A DNA stretch of 64,000 bases from NCBI GenBank assembly GCA_965655095.1, contig OZ296648.1:104346001-104410000 (forward strand), in the 5' to 3' direction. The notes beneath the pieces are model-generated. The model did not search any database. It saw nothing but the letters and a program-made list of their open reading frames with translations, and was not told where the DNA came from. The stretch is from Haplodiscus bocki. Taxonomy: Eukaryota. A program made the translations under genes and the position numbers. Positions 10,225 to 26,300 of this stretch are shown here, piece by piece (positions within the stretch are counted from its first letter, which is position 1; the number at the start of each line of letters is the position of its first letter).

Positions 10225-10930
10225 ACGAAATATGTTCTATAAAAAATACATTTATGTTTCAAACCTGAAGAACTTTAACAACTCTCATAATCATTGATGA
10301 CCACACTGACGAAAAGCATACACACTTGGCTGCTCCAAACGGATAACACATTTTTGATTAAAAACTGCTAAAACTTCATTCGCTCCATAAAACTTTCTTC
10401 ATCTGCACTGTCCGAATTCTCCTCAGAATTATTGTTATCTTTAGCATCTATCGCACAATATGAAAGTATTTTTTCTATTTTCACAAATGAAAATTTTCAA
10501 CATTTTGATACATGATAATCATAAGGATCAAAAGAATTATCTGTTGTTTTCAACATTGTGCCTTCTTCAAAGTTATGTTTTCGATAAAATCAAAAAGATT
10601 AAATGAAAATTATGTATTAGTTTCTCCGATAGCTATTGGATATGATGTCATACTAGTGCCCATATTAAATATGCAATTTAATTTTTTTCCTTCTGTGATG
10701 AAAGTGTAAAAACCATACCCTGAAAAATGCATCCATTTACTTTCAGTCTCTTTGCGACCATAATTCAAGCAAAATGGTATTTCCATCAAAACAAGGATCG
10801 TCAAGAGCACCTGAAAAGTCTGTCATTTAACAAAATTGACTTGTTCCAATGAATGTTCTGTTAAGTTTCAAATTAACAAACGGCCCTCTAAGGTTATAGG
10901 TTTCATATTTATGAATTTTATTCTCATTAT
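10225..10930 (-). pseudogene. Viral-type hypothetical domain plus acidic linker plus C3HC4 RING finger (dead; one per array unit, unit 1 shown)
   Basis: Minus strand reads TFIGTSQFC*MTDFSGALDDPCFDGNTILLEL ... HFSGYGFYTF ... MGTSMTSYPIAIGE ... EEGTMLKTTDNSFDPYDYHVSKC, then acidic EENSDSADEE, then KCVIRLEQPSVYAFRQCGHQ*...ESC*...KCI.YRT. Confidence 0.65.
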
Positions 10931-11031
10931 CGATTGTTACTAGACAACGACTAAAAAAGTGATGTTATAATACATATAATTTAGATTTTTTAAACGTAGG
11001 TCTAAATTACAGTTGTATTTATATATTTCAA

Positions 11032-11390
11032 TGAGCTCTGACAACGTTATATCAAATACTTTTCTTTAAAACAGACATCAAAAACAGGAAATCATGACGC
11101 TAATTTGATATTATGACAATATAAACTAGATTTAAGGTCTCGATTTATTGAGATCAAATCTGACAATTCACAATCAACCAAAAAACAAATAGCATAACAA
11201 TTAGGTTAATCAGTTGCTACATTCACAAGATCAAAGCAACATCTCTAGTCCTTACAACAGAAAGAATACCAAAAGAAGAAATATCAACACCCAAGAATCT
11301 TCTGTGAACACAACTCAAAGTAAAGGTGGTAAAGGTGAGAATGTTTTTCTGCTAAAAAACTAATTGATAAAGGTTTTAATAAAAACTAAA
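11032..11390 (+). pseudogene. Helix-turn-helix protein remnant of viral/Polinton type (one per unit, unit 1 shown)
   Basis: Translates as SKTGNHDANLIL*QYKLDLRSRFIEIKSDNSQSTKKQIA*QLG*SVATF.R, an IAxxLGxSxxT HTH pattern with in-frame stops, followed by SSPYNRKNTKRR. Confidence 0.55.
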
Positions 11391-14300
11391 TGACGGAAGT
11401 TACAGAAACAACTAAAAACAATCTAAAAACACAAAAAATATAGAACTTATTGTTAATAAATATTCAGATAAATCCTAGAGAACACAATCTCAAAAATGGC
11501 AAAAGGCTTTAATCCAAAGAGGAACTTATGAACAAGCAATAGAAATAAAGGGTGAGACTATTGAAGATTTGGATAAAGAATTGAACTTATAGACAATAAA
11601 TTTAAGATTTAGCTGATAAAAAAGGAATTTCAGGTGAGCAAATTAGAAAAGATATCGCACGACCCAACGAACGTTCAACTTTTGAAGTACGATGAATTCA
11701 CTTCAGATCGATGACATATTTTTTACTGATTAAGAAGTATATTTTATATTCCAGGATTGAAAATGGATAAAATTGATACACTTATTGCAATAAATTACCA
11801 AAAACTAGTATTTTCGACGCTTTGGAATTTCTCGTCTCTTTCCAGGCGCCGAATAGTCGGGTGGTCTCATTTGTCAGAGAGGAGTGGTAGAGAAAAATAC
11901 GGATTTTTGAGCCTTGTTCTAAAATCCGGTTTTTTCGAGTAATACTACCTCACCAAAAGTTACGCAAAAACTATCCTTCAAAAAATACCCATCATAAAAT
12001 AAGTAATAAAACATGCTTTTCCTCAACGACAATACGTTCTTTCGTAAAAGCATGTTTTTTTTACTTATTATATGATGGGTATATTTGTGAGAGATATTTT
12101 TGTAATGCACAAAAATTTACTTTTTTTCATCAATAAAATCATACACATACTTTACAGCAGTGGGATAAAGATATATTTTCTGCGTACTTCATGCTGGATT
12201 ATTTTGCATGCAAACACATTACTGGCCAATTCTATCGAACATTCCTGGTGAAGAACGTAATTTATTACGTTGTGTACAGATTCTCTGGTGCACCATCTTT
12301 TTCCCTCCCGATGGCATACACCAGCGAATCTGAGCTAATGCACCATAACTATCTGCTTGTGAGATGGGGGATAGGCTGACTAGGCCTTTCGGGTGACATT
12401 AACCAGTCGAAAATTCATAATTTGGCCTAAACCAGTATCAGTGTTTTTTTACCACATTGTCACAGTTGACAAACAAATGAATAAGAAATTTTATTTTTAC
12501 TTTTTTGAACTTTAAAATGTGAGATTTTTCAATTGACTCAATTGTAAAATTACAAAAACATCACTGCCTGTCAATTTATTCCTGGGTCAGGACTGATTTT
12601 TCGGAAGGATTGATTTTCAAAATACAATTTTGTGTAATTTCTTTGCCGCGTACTCACAAATCAGCATTTAGTTGAAGATTTGCGAGCGGCAGGAAAAGTG
12701 TAAAAAAAAGATGATGATAGACTTCGATTTTTTTTCAATTCAGTGAAATAGGAGCAGTGCGAACGGTTTGTTGTTCTACAAAAATTTATTATTTTTATAT
12801 AAATGTTCCATTTTCAAAAAAGGTCCATCAATGTCCCGTTTATGAATTAAAATTTTACATTCAATGCAAAAATATTAAGAGGTGAAATACTTTAACCTAA
12901 GTGAATTTTAGCATTTTCAAAATGATTTCGTGTACTTTCAGATTTTTTATTTTCCTTTTCAACATGAAAATCACCAAATTTACAGAAATAAAAGGTTTTC
13001 CTTACAAGTCTAAAAACTTTTACAAAATTATCTTTAGATAACAAATGACAAGCCAGAGGTGGATTAATAACAACTTGGCCAACAAGGCTACAAAACAAAC
13101 TTCTCATATTACTTTTTCCAACAATTTTTTTAAATAAAAATAATTCCAATATCATTATATTTTGAAATTTTTCCTCTAAATTTCTGATTAGGAGTTAGAT
13201 TCCCTTCTATATTAGAATCTAATACAATTTTCTGAATACAATACCATCTCTTTCAATATTTAGAAACAACATTCAATTTTATTGAAAAAAAAACATATTG
13301 GCAAACGAAATATGTTCTATAAAAAATACATTTATGTTTCAAACCTGAAGAACTTTAACAACTCTCATAATCATTGATGACCACACTGACGAAAAGCATA
13401 CACACTTGGCTGCTCCAAACGGATAACACATTTTTGATTAAAAACTGCTAAAACTTCATTCGCTCCATAAAACTTTCTTCATCTGCACTGTCCGAATTCT
13501 CCTCAGAATTATTATCTTTAGCATCTATCGCACAATATGAAAGTATTTTTTCTATTTTCACAAATGAAAATTTTCATTTTGATACATGATAATCATAAGG
13601 ATCAAAAGAATTATCTGTTGTTTTCAACATTGTGCCTTCTTCAAAGTTATGTTTTCGATAAAATCAAAAAGATTAAATGAAAATTATGTATTAGTTTCTC
13701 CGATAGCTATTGGATATGATGTCATACTAGTGCCCATATTAAATATGCAATTTAATTTTTTTCCTTCTGTGATGAAAGTGTAAAAACCATACCCTGAAAA
13801 ATGCATCCATTTACTTTCAGTCTCTTTGCGACCCTAATTCAAGCAAAATGGTATTTCCATCAAAACAAGGATCGTCAAGAGCACCTGAAAAGTCTGTCAT
13901 TTAACAAAATTGACTTGTTCCAATGAATGTTCTGTTAAGTTTCAAATTAACAAACGGCCCTCTAAGGTTATAGGTTTCATATTTATGAATTTTATTCTCA
14001 TTATCGATTGTTACTAGACAACGACTAAAAAAGTGATGTTAAAATACATATAATTTAGATTTTTTAAACGTAGGTCTAAATTACAGTTGTATTTATATAT
14101 TTCAATGAGCTCTGACAACGTTATATCAAATACTTTTCTTTAAAACAGACATCAAAAACAGGAAATCATGACGCTAATTTGATATTATGACAATATAAAC
14201 TAGATTTAAGGTCTCGATTTATTGAGACCAAATCTGACAATTCACAATCAACCAAAAAACAAATAGCATAACAATTAGGTTAATCAGTTGCTACATTCAC

Positions 14301-17300
14301 AAGATCAAAGCAACATCTCTAGTCCTTACAACAGAAAGAATACCAAAAGAAGAAATATCAACACCCAAGAATCTTCTGTGAACACAACTCAAAGTAAAGG
14401 TGGTAAAGGTGAGAATGTTTTTCTGCTAAAAAACTAATTGATAAAGGTTTTAATAAAAACTAAATGACGGAAGTTACAGAAACAACTAAAAACAATCTAA
14501 AAACACAAAAAATATAGAACTTATTGTTAATAAATATTCAGATAAATCCTAGAGAACACAATCTCAAAAATGGCAAAAGGCTTTAATCCAAAGAGGAACT
14601 TATGAACAAGCAATAGAAATAAAGGGTGAGACTATTGAAGATTTGGATAAAGAATTGAACTTATAGACAATAAATTTAAGATTTAGCTGATAAAAAAGGA
14701 ATTTCAGGTGAGCAAATTAGAAAAGATATCGCACGACCCAACGAACGTTCAACTTTTGAAGTACGATGAATTCACTTCAGATCGATGACATATTTTTTAC
14801 TGATTAAGAAGTATATTTTATATTCCAGGATTGAAAATGGATAAAATTGATACACTTATTGCAATAAATTACCAAAAACTAGTATTTTCGACGCTTTGGA
14901 ATTTCTCGTCTCTTTCCAGCCGCCGAATAGTCGGGTGGTCTCATTTGTCAGAGAGGAGTGGTAGAGAAAAATACGGATTTTTGAGCCTTGTTCTAAAATC
15001 CGGTTTTTTCGAGTAATACTACCTCACCAAAAGTTACGCAAAAACTATCCTTCAAAAAATACCCATCATAAAATAAGTAATAAAACATGCTTTTCCTCAA
15101 CGACAATACGTTCTTTCGTAAAAGCATGTTTTTTTTACTTATTATATGATGGGTATATTTGTGAGAGATATTTTTGTAATGCACAAAAATTTACTTTTTT
15201 TCATCAATAAAATCATACACATACTTTACAGCAGTGGGATAAAGATATATTTTCTGCGTACTTCATGCTGGATTATTTTGCATGCAAACACATTACTGGC
15301 CAATTCTATCGAACATTCCTGGTGAAGAACGTAATTTATTACGTTGTGTACAGATTCTCTGGTGCACCATCTTTTTCCCTCCCGATGGCATACACCAGCG
15401 AATCTGAGCTAATGCACCATAACTATCTGCTTGTGAGATGGGGGATAGGCTGACTAGGCCTTTCGGGTGACATTAACCAGTCGAAAATTCATAATTTGGC
15501 CTAAACCAGTATCAGTGTTTTTTTACCACATTGTCACAGTTGACAAACAAATGAATAAGAAATTTTATTTTTACTTTTTTGAACTTTAAAATGTGAGATT
15601 TTTCAATTGACTCAATTGTAAAATTACAAAAACATCACTGCATGTCAATTTATTCCTGGGTCAGGACTGATTTTTCGGAAGGATTGATTTTCAAAATACA
15701 ATTTTGTGTAATTTCTTTGCCGCGTACTCACAAATCAGCATTTAGGTGAAGATTTCCGAGCGGCAGGAGAAGTGTAAAAAAATAAAAAGATGATGATAGA
15801 CTTCGATTTTTTTTCAATTCAGTGAAATAGGAGCAGTGCGAACGGTTTGTTGTTCTACAAAAATTTACTATTTTTATATAAATGTTCCATTTTCAAAAAA
15901 AAGTCCATCAATTTCCCGTTTATGAATTAAAATTCTACATTCAATGCAAAAATATTAAGAGGTGAAATACTTTAACCTAAGTGAATTTTAGCATTTTCAT
16001 AATGATTTCGTGTACTTTCAGATTTTTTTTCCTTTTCAACATGAAAATCACCAAATTTACAGAAATAAAAGGTTTTCCTTACAAGTCTAAAAACTTTTAC
16101 AAAATTATCTTTAGATAAAAAATGACAAGCCAGAGGTGGATTAATAACAACTTGGCCAACAAGGCTACAAAACAAACTTCTCATCTTACTTTTTCCAACA
16201 ATTTTTTTAAATAAAAATTATTCCAATATCATTATATTTTGAAATTTTTCCTCTAAATTTCTGATTAGGAGTTAGATTCCCTTCTATATTAGAATCTAAT
16301 ACAATTTTCTGAATACAATACCATCTCTTTCAATATTTAGAAACATTCAATTTTATTGAAAAAAAAACATATTGGCAAACGAAATATGTTCTATAAACAA
16401 TACATTTATGTTTCAAACCTGAAGAACTTTAACAACTCTCATAATCATTGATGACCACACTGACGAAAAGCATACACACTTGGCTGCTCCAAACGGATAA
16501 CACATTTTTGATTAAAAACTGCTAAAACTTCATTCGCTCCATAAAACTTTATTCATCTGCACTGTCCGAATTCTCCTCAGAATTATTGTTATCTTTAGCA
16601 TCTATCGCACAATATGAAAGTATTTTTTCTATTTTCACAAATGAAAATTTTCAACATTTTGATACATGATAATCATAAGGATCAAAAGAATTATCTGTTG
16701 TTTTCAACATTGTGCCTTCTTCAAAGTTATGTTTTCGATAAAATCAAAAAGATTAAATGAAAATTATGTATTAGTTTCTCCGATAGCTATTGGATATGAT
16801 GTCATACTAGTGCCCATATTAAATATGCAATTTAATTTTTTTCCTTCTGTGATGAAAGTGTAAAAACCATACCCTGAAAAATGCATCCATTTACTTTCAG
16901 TCTCTTTGCGACCCTAATTCAAGCAAAATGGTATTTCCATCAAAACAAGGATCGTCAAGAGCACCTGAAAAGTCTGTCATTTAACAAAATTGACTTGTTC
17001 CAATGAATATTCTGTTAAGTTTCAAATTAACAAACGGCCCTCTAAGGTTATAGGTTTCATATTTATGAATTTTATTCTCATTATCGATTGTTACTAGACA
17101 ACGACTAAAAAAGTGATGTTAAAATACATATAATTTAGATTTTTTAAACGTAGGTCTAAATTACAGTTGTATTTATATATTTCAATGAGCTCTGACAACG
17201 TTATATCAAATACTTTTCTTTAAAACAGACATCAAAAACAGGAAATCATGACGCTAATTTGATATTATGACAATATAAACTAGATTTAAGGTCTCGATTT

Positions 17301-20300
17301 ATTGAGACCAAATCTGACAATTCACAATCAACCAAAAAACAAATAGCATAACAATTAGGTTAATCATTTGCTACATTCACAAGATCAAAGCAACATCTCT
17401 AGTCCTTACAACAGAAAGAATACCAAAAGAAGAAATATCAACACCCAAGAATCTTCTGTGAACACAACTCAAAGTAAAGGTGGTAAAGGTGAGAATAGTT
17501 TTTCTGCTAAAAAACTAATTGATAAAGGTTTTAATAAAAACTAAATGACGGAAGTTACAGAAACAACTAAAAACAATCTAAAAACACAAAAAATATAGAA
17601 CTTATTGTTAATAAATATTCAGATAAATCCTAGAGAACACAATCTCAAAAATGGCAAAAGGCTTTAATCCAAAGAAGAACTTATGAACAAGCAATAGAAA
17701 TAAAGGGTGAGACTATTGAAGATTTGGATAAAGAATTGAACTTATAGACAATAAATTTAAGATTTAGCTGATAAAAAAGGAATTTCAGGTGAGCAAATTA
17801 GAAAAGATATCGCACGACCCAACGAACGTTCAACTTTTGAAGTACGATGAATTCACTTCAGATCGATGACATATTTTTTACTGATTAAGAAGTATATTTT
17901 ATATTCCAGGATTGAAAATGGATAAAATTGATACACTTATTGCAATAAATTACCAAAAACTAGTATTTTCGACGCTTTGGAATTTCTCGTCTCTTTCCAG
18001 GCGCCGAATAGTCGGGTGGTCTCATTTGTCAGAGAGGAGTGGTAGAGAAAAATACGGATTTTTGAGCCTTGTTCTAAAATCCGGTTTTTTCGAGTAATAC
18101 TACCTCACCAAAAGTTACGCAAAAACTATCCTTCAAAAAATACCCATCATAAAATAAGTAATAAAACATGCTTTTCCTCAACGACAATACGTTCTTTCGT
18201 AAAAGCATGTTTTTTTTACTTATTATATGATGGGTATATTTGTGAGAGATATTTTTGTAATGCACAAAAATTTACTTTTTTTCATCAATAAAATCATACA
18301 CATACTTTACAGCAGTGGGATAAAGATATATTTTCTGCGTACTTCATGCTGGATTATTTTGCATGCAAACACATTACTGGCCAATTCTATCGAACATTCC
18401 TGGTGAAGAACGTAATTTATTACGTTGTGTACAGATTCTCTGGTGCACCATCTTTTCCCCTCCCGATGGCATACACCAGCGAATCTGAGCTAATGCACCA
18501 TAACTATCTGCTTGTGAGATGGGGGATAGGCTGACTAGGCCTTTCAGGTGACATTAACCAGTCGAAAATTCATAATTTGGCCTAAACCAGTATCAGTGTT
18601 TTTTTACCACATTGTCACAGTTGACAAACAAATGAATAAGAAATTTTATTTTTACTTTTTTGAACTTCAAAATGTGAGATTTTTCAATTGACTCAATTGT
18701 AAAATTACAAAAACATCACTGCATGTCAATTTATTCCTGGGTCAGGACTGATTTTTCGGAAGGATTGATTTTCAAAATACAATTTTGTGTAATTTCTTTG
18801 CCGCGTACTCACGAATCAGCATTTAGGTGAAGATTTCCGAGCGGCAGGAGAAGTGTAAAAAAAATTAAAAGATGATGATAGACTTCGATTTTTTTTCAAT
18901 TCAGTGAAATAGGAGCAGTGCAAACGGTTTGTTGTTCTACAAAAATTTATTATTTTTATATAAATGTTCCATTTTCAAAAAAAGTCCATCAATTTCCCGT
19001 TTATGAATTAAAATTTTACATTCAATGCAAAAATATTAGGAGGTGAAATACTTTAACCTAAGTGAATTTTAGCATTTTCATAATGATTTCGTGTACTTTC
19101 AGATTTTTTATTTTCCTTTTCAACATAAATATCACAAAATTTACAGAAATAAAAGGTTTTCCTTACAAGTCTAAAAACGTTTACAAAATTATCTTTAGAT
19201 AAAACATGACAAGCCAGAGGTGGATTAATAACAACTTGGTCAACAAGGCTACAAAACAAACTTCTCATATTACTTTTTCCAACACTTTTTTTAAATAAAA
19301 ATAATTCCAATATCATTATATTTTGAAATTTTTCCTCTAAATTTCTGATTAGGAGTTAGATTCCCTTCTATATTAGAATCTAATATAATTTTCTGAATAC
19401 AATATCATCTCTTTCATTATTTAGAAACAACATTCAATTTTATTGAAAAAAAAACATATTGGCAAACGAAATATGTTCTATAAACAATACATTTATGTTT
19501 CAAACCTGAAGAACTTTAACAACTCTCATAATCATTGATGACCACACTGACGAAAAGCATACACACTTGGCTGCTCCAAACGGATAACACATTTTTGATT
19601 AAAAACTGCTAAAACTTCATTCGCTCCATAAAACTTTATTCATCTGCACTGTCCGAATTCTCCTCAGAATTATTGTTATCTTTAGCATCTATCGCACAAT
19701 ATGAAAGTATTTTTTCTATTTTCACAAATGAAAATTTTCAACATTTTGATACATGATAATCATAAGGATCAAAAGAATTATCTGTTGTTTTCAACATTGT
19801 GCCTTCTTCAAAGTTATGTTTTCGATAAAATCAAAAAGATTAAATGAAAATTATGTATTAGTTTCTCCGATAGCTATTGGATATGATGTCATACTAGTGC
19901 CCATATTAAATATGCAATTTAATTTTTTTCCTTCTGTGATGAAAGTGTAAAAACCATACCCTGAAAAATGCATCCATTTACTTTCAGTCTCTTTGCGACC
20001 CTAATTCAAGCAAAATGGTATTTCCATCAAAACAAGGATCGTCAAGAGCACCTGAAAAGTCTGTCATTTAACAAAATTGACTTGTTCCAATGAATATTCT
20101 GTTAAGTTTCAAATTAACAAACGGCCCTCTAAGGTTATAGTTTTCATATTTATGAATTTTATTCTCATTATCGATTGTTACTAGACAACGACTAAAAAAG
20201 TGATGTTAAAATACATATAATTTAGATTTTTTAAACGTAGGTCTAAATTACAGTTGTATTTATATATTTCAATGAGCTCTGACAACGTTATATCAAATAC

Positions 20301-23300
20301 TTTTCTTTAAAACAGACATCAAAAACAGGAAAACATGACGCTAATTTGATATTATGACAATATAAACTAGATTTAAGGTCTCGATTTATTGAGACCATAT
20401 CTGACAATTCACAATCAACCAAAGAACAAATTGCATAACAATCAGGTTAATCAGTTGCTACATTCACAAGATCAAAGCAACATCTCTAGTCCTTACAACA
20501 GAAAGAATACCAAAAGAAGAAATATCAACACCCAAGAATCTTCTGTGAACACAACTCAAAGTAAAGGTGGTAAAGGTGAGAATAGTTTTTCTGCTAAAAA
20601 ACTAATTGATAAAGGTTTTAATAAAAACTAAATGACGGAAGTTACAGAAACAACTAAAAACAATCTAAAAACACAAAAAATATAGAACTTATTGTTAATA
20701 AATATTCAGATAAATCCTAGAGAACACAATCTCAAAAATGGCAAAAGGCTTTAATCCAAAGAAGAACTTATGAACAAGCAATAGAAATAAAGGGTGAGAC
20801 TATTGAAGATTTGGATAAAGAATTGAACTTATAGACAATAAATTTAAGATTTAGCTGATAAAAAAGGAATTTCAGGTGAGCAAATTAGAAAAGATATCGC
20901 ACGACCCAACGAACGTTCAACTTTTGAAGTACGATGAATTCACTTCAGATCGATGACATATTTTTTACTGATTAAGAAGTATATTTTATATTCCAGGATT
21001 GAAAATGGATAAAATTGATACACTTATTGCAATAAATTACCAAAAACTAGTATTTTCGACGCTTTGGAATTTCTCGTCTCTTTCCAGGCGCCGAATAGTC
21101 GGGTGGTCTCATTTGTCAGAGAGGAGTGGTAGAGAAAAATACGGATTTTTGAGCCTTGTTCTAAAATCCGGTTTTTTCGAGTAATACTACCTCACCAAAA
21201 GTTACGCAAAAACTATCCTTCAAAAAATACCCATCATAAAATAAGTAATAAAACATGCTTTTCCTCAACGACAATACGTTCTTTCGTAAAAGCATGTTTT
21301 TTTTACTTATTATATGATGGGTATATTTGTGAGAGATATTTTTGTAATGCACAAAAATTTACTTTTTTTCATCAATAAAATCATACACATACTTTACAGC
21401 AGTGGGATAAAGATATATTTTCTGCGTACTTCATGCTGGATTATTTTGCATGCAAACACATTACTGGCCAATTCTATCGAACATTCCTGGTGAAGAACGT
21501 AATTTATTACGTTGTGTACAGATTCTCTGGTGCACCATCTTTTCCCCTCCCGATGGCATACACCAGCGAATCTGAGCTAATGCACCATAACTATCTGCTT
21601 GTGAGATGGGGGATAGGCTGACTAGGCCTTTCAGGTGACATTAACCAGTCGAAAATTCATAATTTGGCCTAAACCAGTATCAGTGTTTTTTTTACCACAT
21701 TGTCACAGTTGACAAACAAATGAATAAGAAATTTTATTTTTACTTTTTTGAACTTTAAAATGTGAGATTTTTCAATTGACTCAATTGTAAAATTACAAAA
21801 ACATCACTGCATGTCAATTTATTCCTGGGTCAGGACTGATTTTTCGGAAGGATTGATTTTCAAAATACAATTTTGTGTAATTTCTTTGCCGCGTACTCAC
21901 AAATCAGCATTTAGGTGAAGATTTCCGAGCGGCAGAAGTGTAAAAAAAATAAAAAGATGATGATAGACTTCGATTTTTTTTCAATTCAGTGAAATAGGAG
22001 CAGTGCAAACGGTTTGTTGTTCTACAAAAATTTATTATTTTTATATAAATGTTCCATTTTCAAAAAAAGTCCATCAATTTCCCGTTTATGAATTAAAATT
22101 TTACATTCAATGCAAAAATATTAGGAGGTGAAATACTTTAACCTAAGTGAATTTTAGCATTTTCATAATGATTTCGTGTACTTTCAGATTTTTTATTTTC
22201 CTTTTCAACATAAATATCACAAAATTTACAGAAATAAAAGGTTTTCCTTACAAGTCTAAAAACGTTTACAAAATTATCTTTAGATAAAACATGACAAGCC
22301 AGAGGTGGATTAATAACAACTTGGTCAACAAGGCTACAAAACAAACTTCTCATATTACTTTTTCCAACACTTTTTTTAAATAAAAATAATTCCAATATCA
22401 TTATATTTTGAAATTTTTCCTCTAAATTTCTGATTAGGAGTTAGATTCCCTTCTATATTAGAATCTAATATAATTTTCTGAATACAATATCATCTCTTTC
22501 AATATTTACAAACAACATTCAATTTTATTGAAAAAAAAACATATTGGCAAACGAAATATGTTCTATAAACCATACATTTATGTTTCAAACCTGAAGAACT
22601 TTAACAACTCTCAATCATTGATGACCACACTGACGAAAAGCATACACACTTGGCTGCTCCAAACGGATAACACATTTTTGATTAAAAACTGCTAAAACTT
22701 CATTCGCTCCATAAAACTTTCTTCATCTGCACTGTCCGAATTCTCCTCAGAATTATTGTTATCTTTAGCATCTATCGCACAATATGAAAGTATTTTTTCT
22801 ATTTTCACAAATGAAAATTTTCAACATTTTGATACATGATAATCATAAGGATCAAAAGAATTATCTGTTGTTTTCAACATTGTGCCTTCTTCAAAGTTAT
22901 GTTTTCGATAAAATCAAAAAGATTAAATGAAAATTATGTATTAGTTTCTCCGATAGCTATTGGATATGATGTCATACTAGTGCCCATATTAAATATGCAA
23001 TTTAATTTTTTTCCTTCTGTGATGAAAGTGTAAAAACCATACCCTGAAAAATGCATCCAATTACTTTCAGTCTCCTTGCGACCCTAATTCAAGCAAAATG
23101 GTATTTCCATCAAAACAAGGATCGTCAAGAGCACCTGAAAAGTCTGTCATTTAACAAAATTGACTTGTTCCAATGAATATTCTGTTAAGTTTCAAATTAA
23201 CAAACGGCCCTCTAAGGTTATAGGTTTCATATTTATGAATTTTTTTCTCATTATTGATTGTTACTAGACAACGACTAAAAAAGTGATGTTAAAATACATA

Positions 23301-26300
23301 TAATTTAGATTTTTTAAACGTAGGTCTAAATTACAGTTGTATTTATATATTTCAATGAGCTCTGACAACGTTATATCAAATACTTTTCTTTAAAACAGAC
23401 ATCAAAAACAGGAAATCATGACGCTAATTTGATATTATGACAATATAAACTAGATTTAAGGTCTCGATTTATTGAGACCAAATCTGACAATTCACAATCA
23501 ACCAAAGAACAAATTGCATAACAATCAGGTTAATCAGTTGCTACATTCACAAGATCAAAGCAACATCTCTAGTCCTTACAACAGAAAGAATACCAAAAGA
23601 AGAAATATCAACACCCAAGAATCTTCTGTGAACACAACTCAAAGTAAAGGTGGTAAAGGTGAGAATAGTTTTTCTGCTAAAAAACTAATTGATAAAGGTT
23701 TTAATAAAAACTAAATGACGGAAGTTACAGAAACAACTAAAAACAATCTAAAAACACAAAAAATATAGAACTTATTGTTAATAAATATTCAGATAAATCC
23801 TAGAGAACACAATCTCAAAAATGGCAAAAGGCTTTAATCCAAAGAAGAACTTATGAACAAGCAATAGAAATAAAGGGTGAGACTATTGAAGATTTGGATA
23901 AAGAATTGAACTTATAGACAATAAATTTAAGATTTAGCTGATAAAAAAGGAATTTCAGGTGAGCAAATTAGAAAAGATATCGCACGACCCAACGAACGTT
24001 CAACTTTTGAAGTACGATGAATTCACTTCAGATCGATGACATATTTTTTACTGATTAAGAAGTATATTTTATATTCCAGGATTGAAAATGGATAAAATTG
24101 ATACACTTATTGCAATAAATTACCAAAAACTAGTATTTTCGACGCTTTGGAATTTCTCGTCTCTTTCCAGGCGCCGAATAGTCGGGTGGTCTCATTTGTC
24201 AGAGAGGAGTGGTAGAGAAAAATACGGATTTTTGAGCCTTGTTCTAAAATCCGGTTTTTTCGAGTAATACTACCTCACCAAAAGTTACGCAAAAACTATC
24301 CTTCAAAAAATACCCATCATAAAATAAGTAATAAAACATGCTTTTCCTCAACGACAATACGTTCTTTCGTAAAAGCATGTTTTTTTTACTTATTATATGA
24401 TGGGTATATTTGTGAGAGATATTTTTGTAATGCACAAAAATTTACTTTTTTTCATCAATAAAATCATACACATACTTTACAGCAGTGGGATAAAGATATA
24501 TTTTCTGCGTACTTCATGCTGGATTATTTTGCATGCAAACACATTACTGGCCAATTCTATCGAACATTCCTGGTGAAGAACGTAATTTATTACGTTGTGT
24601 ACAGATTCTCTGGTGCACCATCTTTTCCCCTCCCGATGGCATACACCAGCGAATCTGAGCTAATGCACCATAACTATCTGCTTGTGAGATGGGGGATAGG
24701 CTGACTAGGCCTTTCAGGTGACATTAACCAGTCGAAAATTCATAATTTGGCCTAAACCAGTATCAGTGTTTTTTTTACCACATTGTCACAGTTGACAAAC
24801 AAATGAATAAGAAATTTTATTTTTACTTTTTTGAACTTTAAAATGTGAGATTTTTCAATTGACTCAATTGTAAAATTACAAAAACATCACTGCATGTCAA
24901 TTTATTCCTGGGTCAGGACTGATTTTTCGGAAGGATTGATTTTCAAAATACAATTTTGTGTAATTTCTTTGCCGCGTACTCACAAATCAGCATTTAGGTG
25001 AAGATTTCCGAGCGGCAGAAGTGTAAAAAAAATAAAAAGATGATGATAGACTTCGATTTTTTTTCAATTCAGTGAAATAGGAGCAGTGCAAACGGTTTGT
25101 TGTTCTACAAAAATTTATTATTTTTATATAAATGTTCCATTTTCAAAAAAAGTCCATCAATTTCCCGTTTATGAATTAAAATTTTACATTCAATGCAAAA
25201 ATATTAGGAGGTGAAATACTTTAACCTAAGTGAATTTTAGCATTTTCATAATGATTTCGTGTACTTTCAGATTTTTATTTTCCTTTTCAACATAAATATC
25301 ACAAAATTTACAGAAATAAAAGGTTTTCCTTACAAGTCTAAAAACGTTTACAAAATTATCTTTAGATAAAACATGACAAGCCAGAGGTGGATTAATAACA
25401 ACTTGGTCAACAAGGCTACAAAACAAACTTCTCATATTACTTTTTCCAACACTTTTTTTAAATAAAAAAATTCCAATATCATTATATTTTGAAATTTTTC
25501 CTCTAAATTTCTGATTAGGAGTTAGATTCCCTTCTATATTAGAATCTAATACAATTTTCTGAATACAATACCATCTCTTTCAATATTTACAAACAACATT
25601 CAATTTTATTGAAAAAAAAACATATTGGCAAACGAAATATGTTCTATAAACCATACATTTATGTTTCAAACCTGAAGAACTTTAACAACTCTCAATCATT
25701 GATGACCACACTGACGAAAAGCATACACACTTGGCTGCTCCAAACGGATAACACATTTTTGATTAAAAACTGCTAAAACTTCATTCGCTCCATAAAACTT
25801 TCTTCATCTGCACTGTCCGAATTCTCCTCAGAATTATTGTTATCTTTAGCATCTATCGCACAATATGAAAGTATTTTTTCTATTTTCACAAATGAAAATT
25901 TTCAACATTTTGATACATGATAATCATAAGGATCAAAAGAATTATCTGTTGTTTTCAACATTGTGCCTTCTTCAAAGTTATGTTTTCGATAAAATCAAAA
26001 AGATTAAATGAAAATTATGTATTAGTTTCTCCGATAGCTATTGGATATGATGTCATACTAGTGCCCATATTAAATATGCAATTTAATTTTTTTCCTTCTG
26101 TGATGAAAGTGTAAAAACCATACCCTGAAAAATGCATCCAATTACTTTCAGTCTCCTTGCGACCCTAATTCAAGCAAAATGGTATTTCCATCAAAACAGG
26201 GATCGTCAAGAGCACCTGAAAAGTCTGTCATTTAACAAAATTGACTTGTTCCAATGAATATTCTGTTAAGTTTCAAATTAACAAACGGCCCTCTAAGGTT

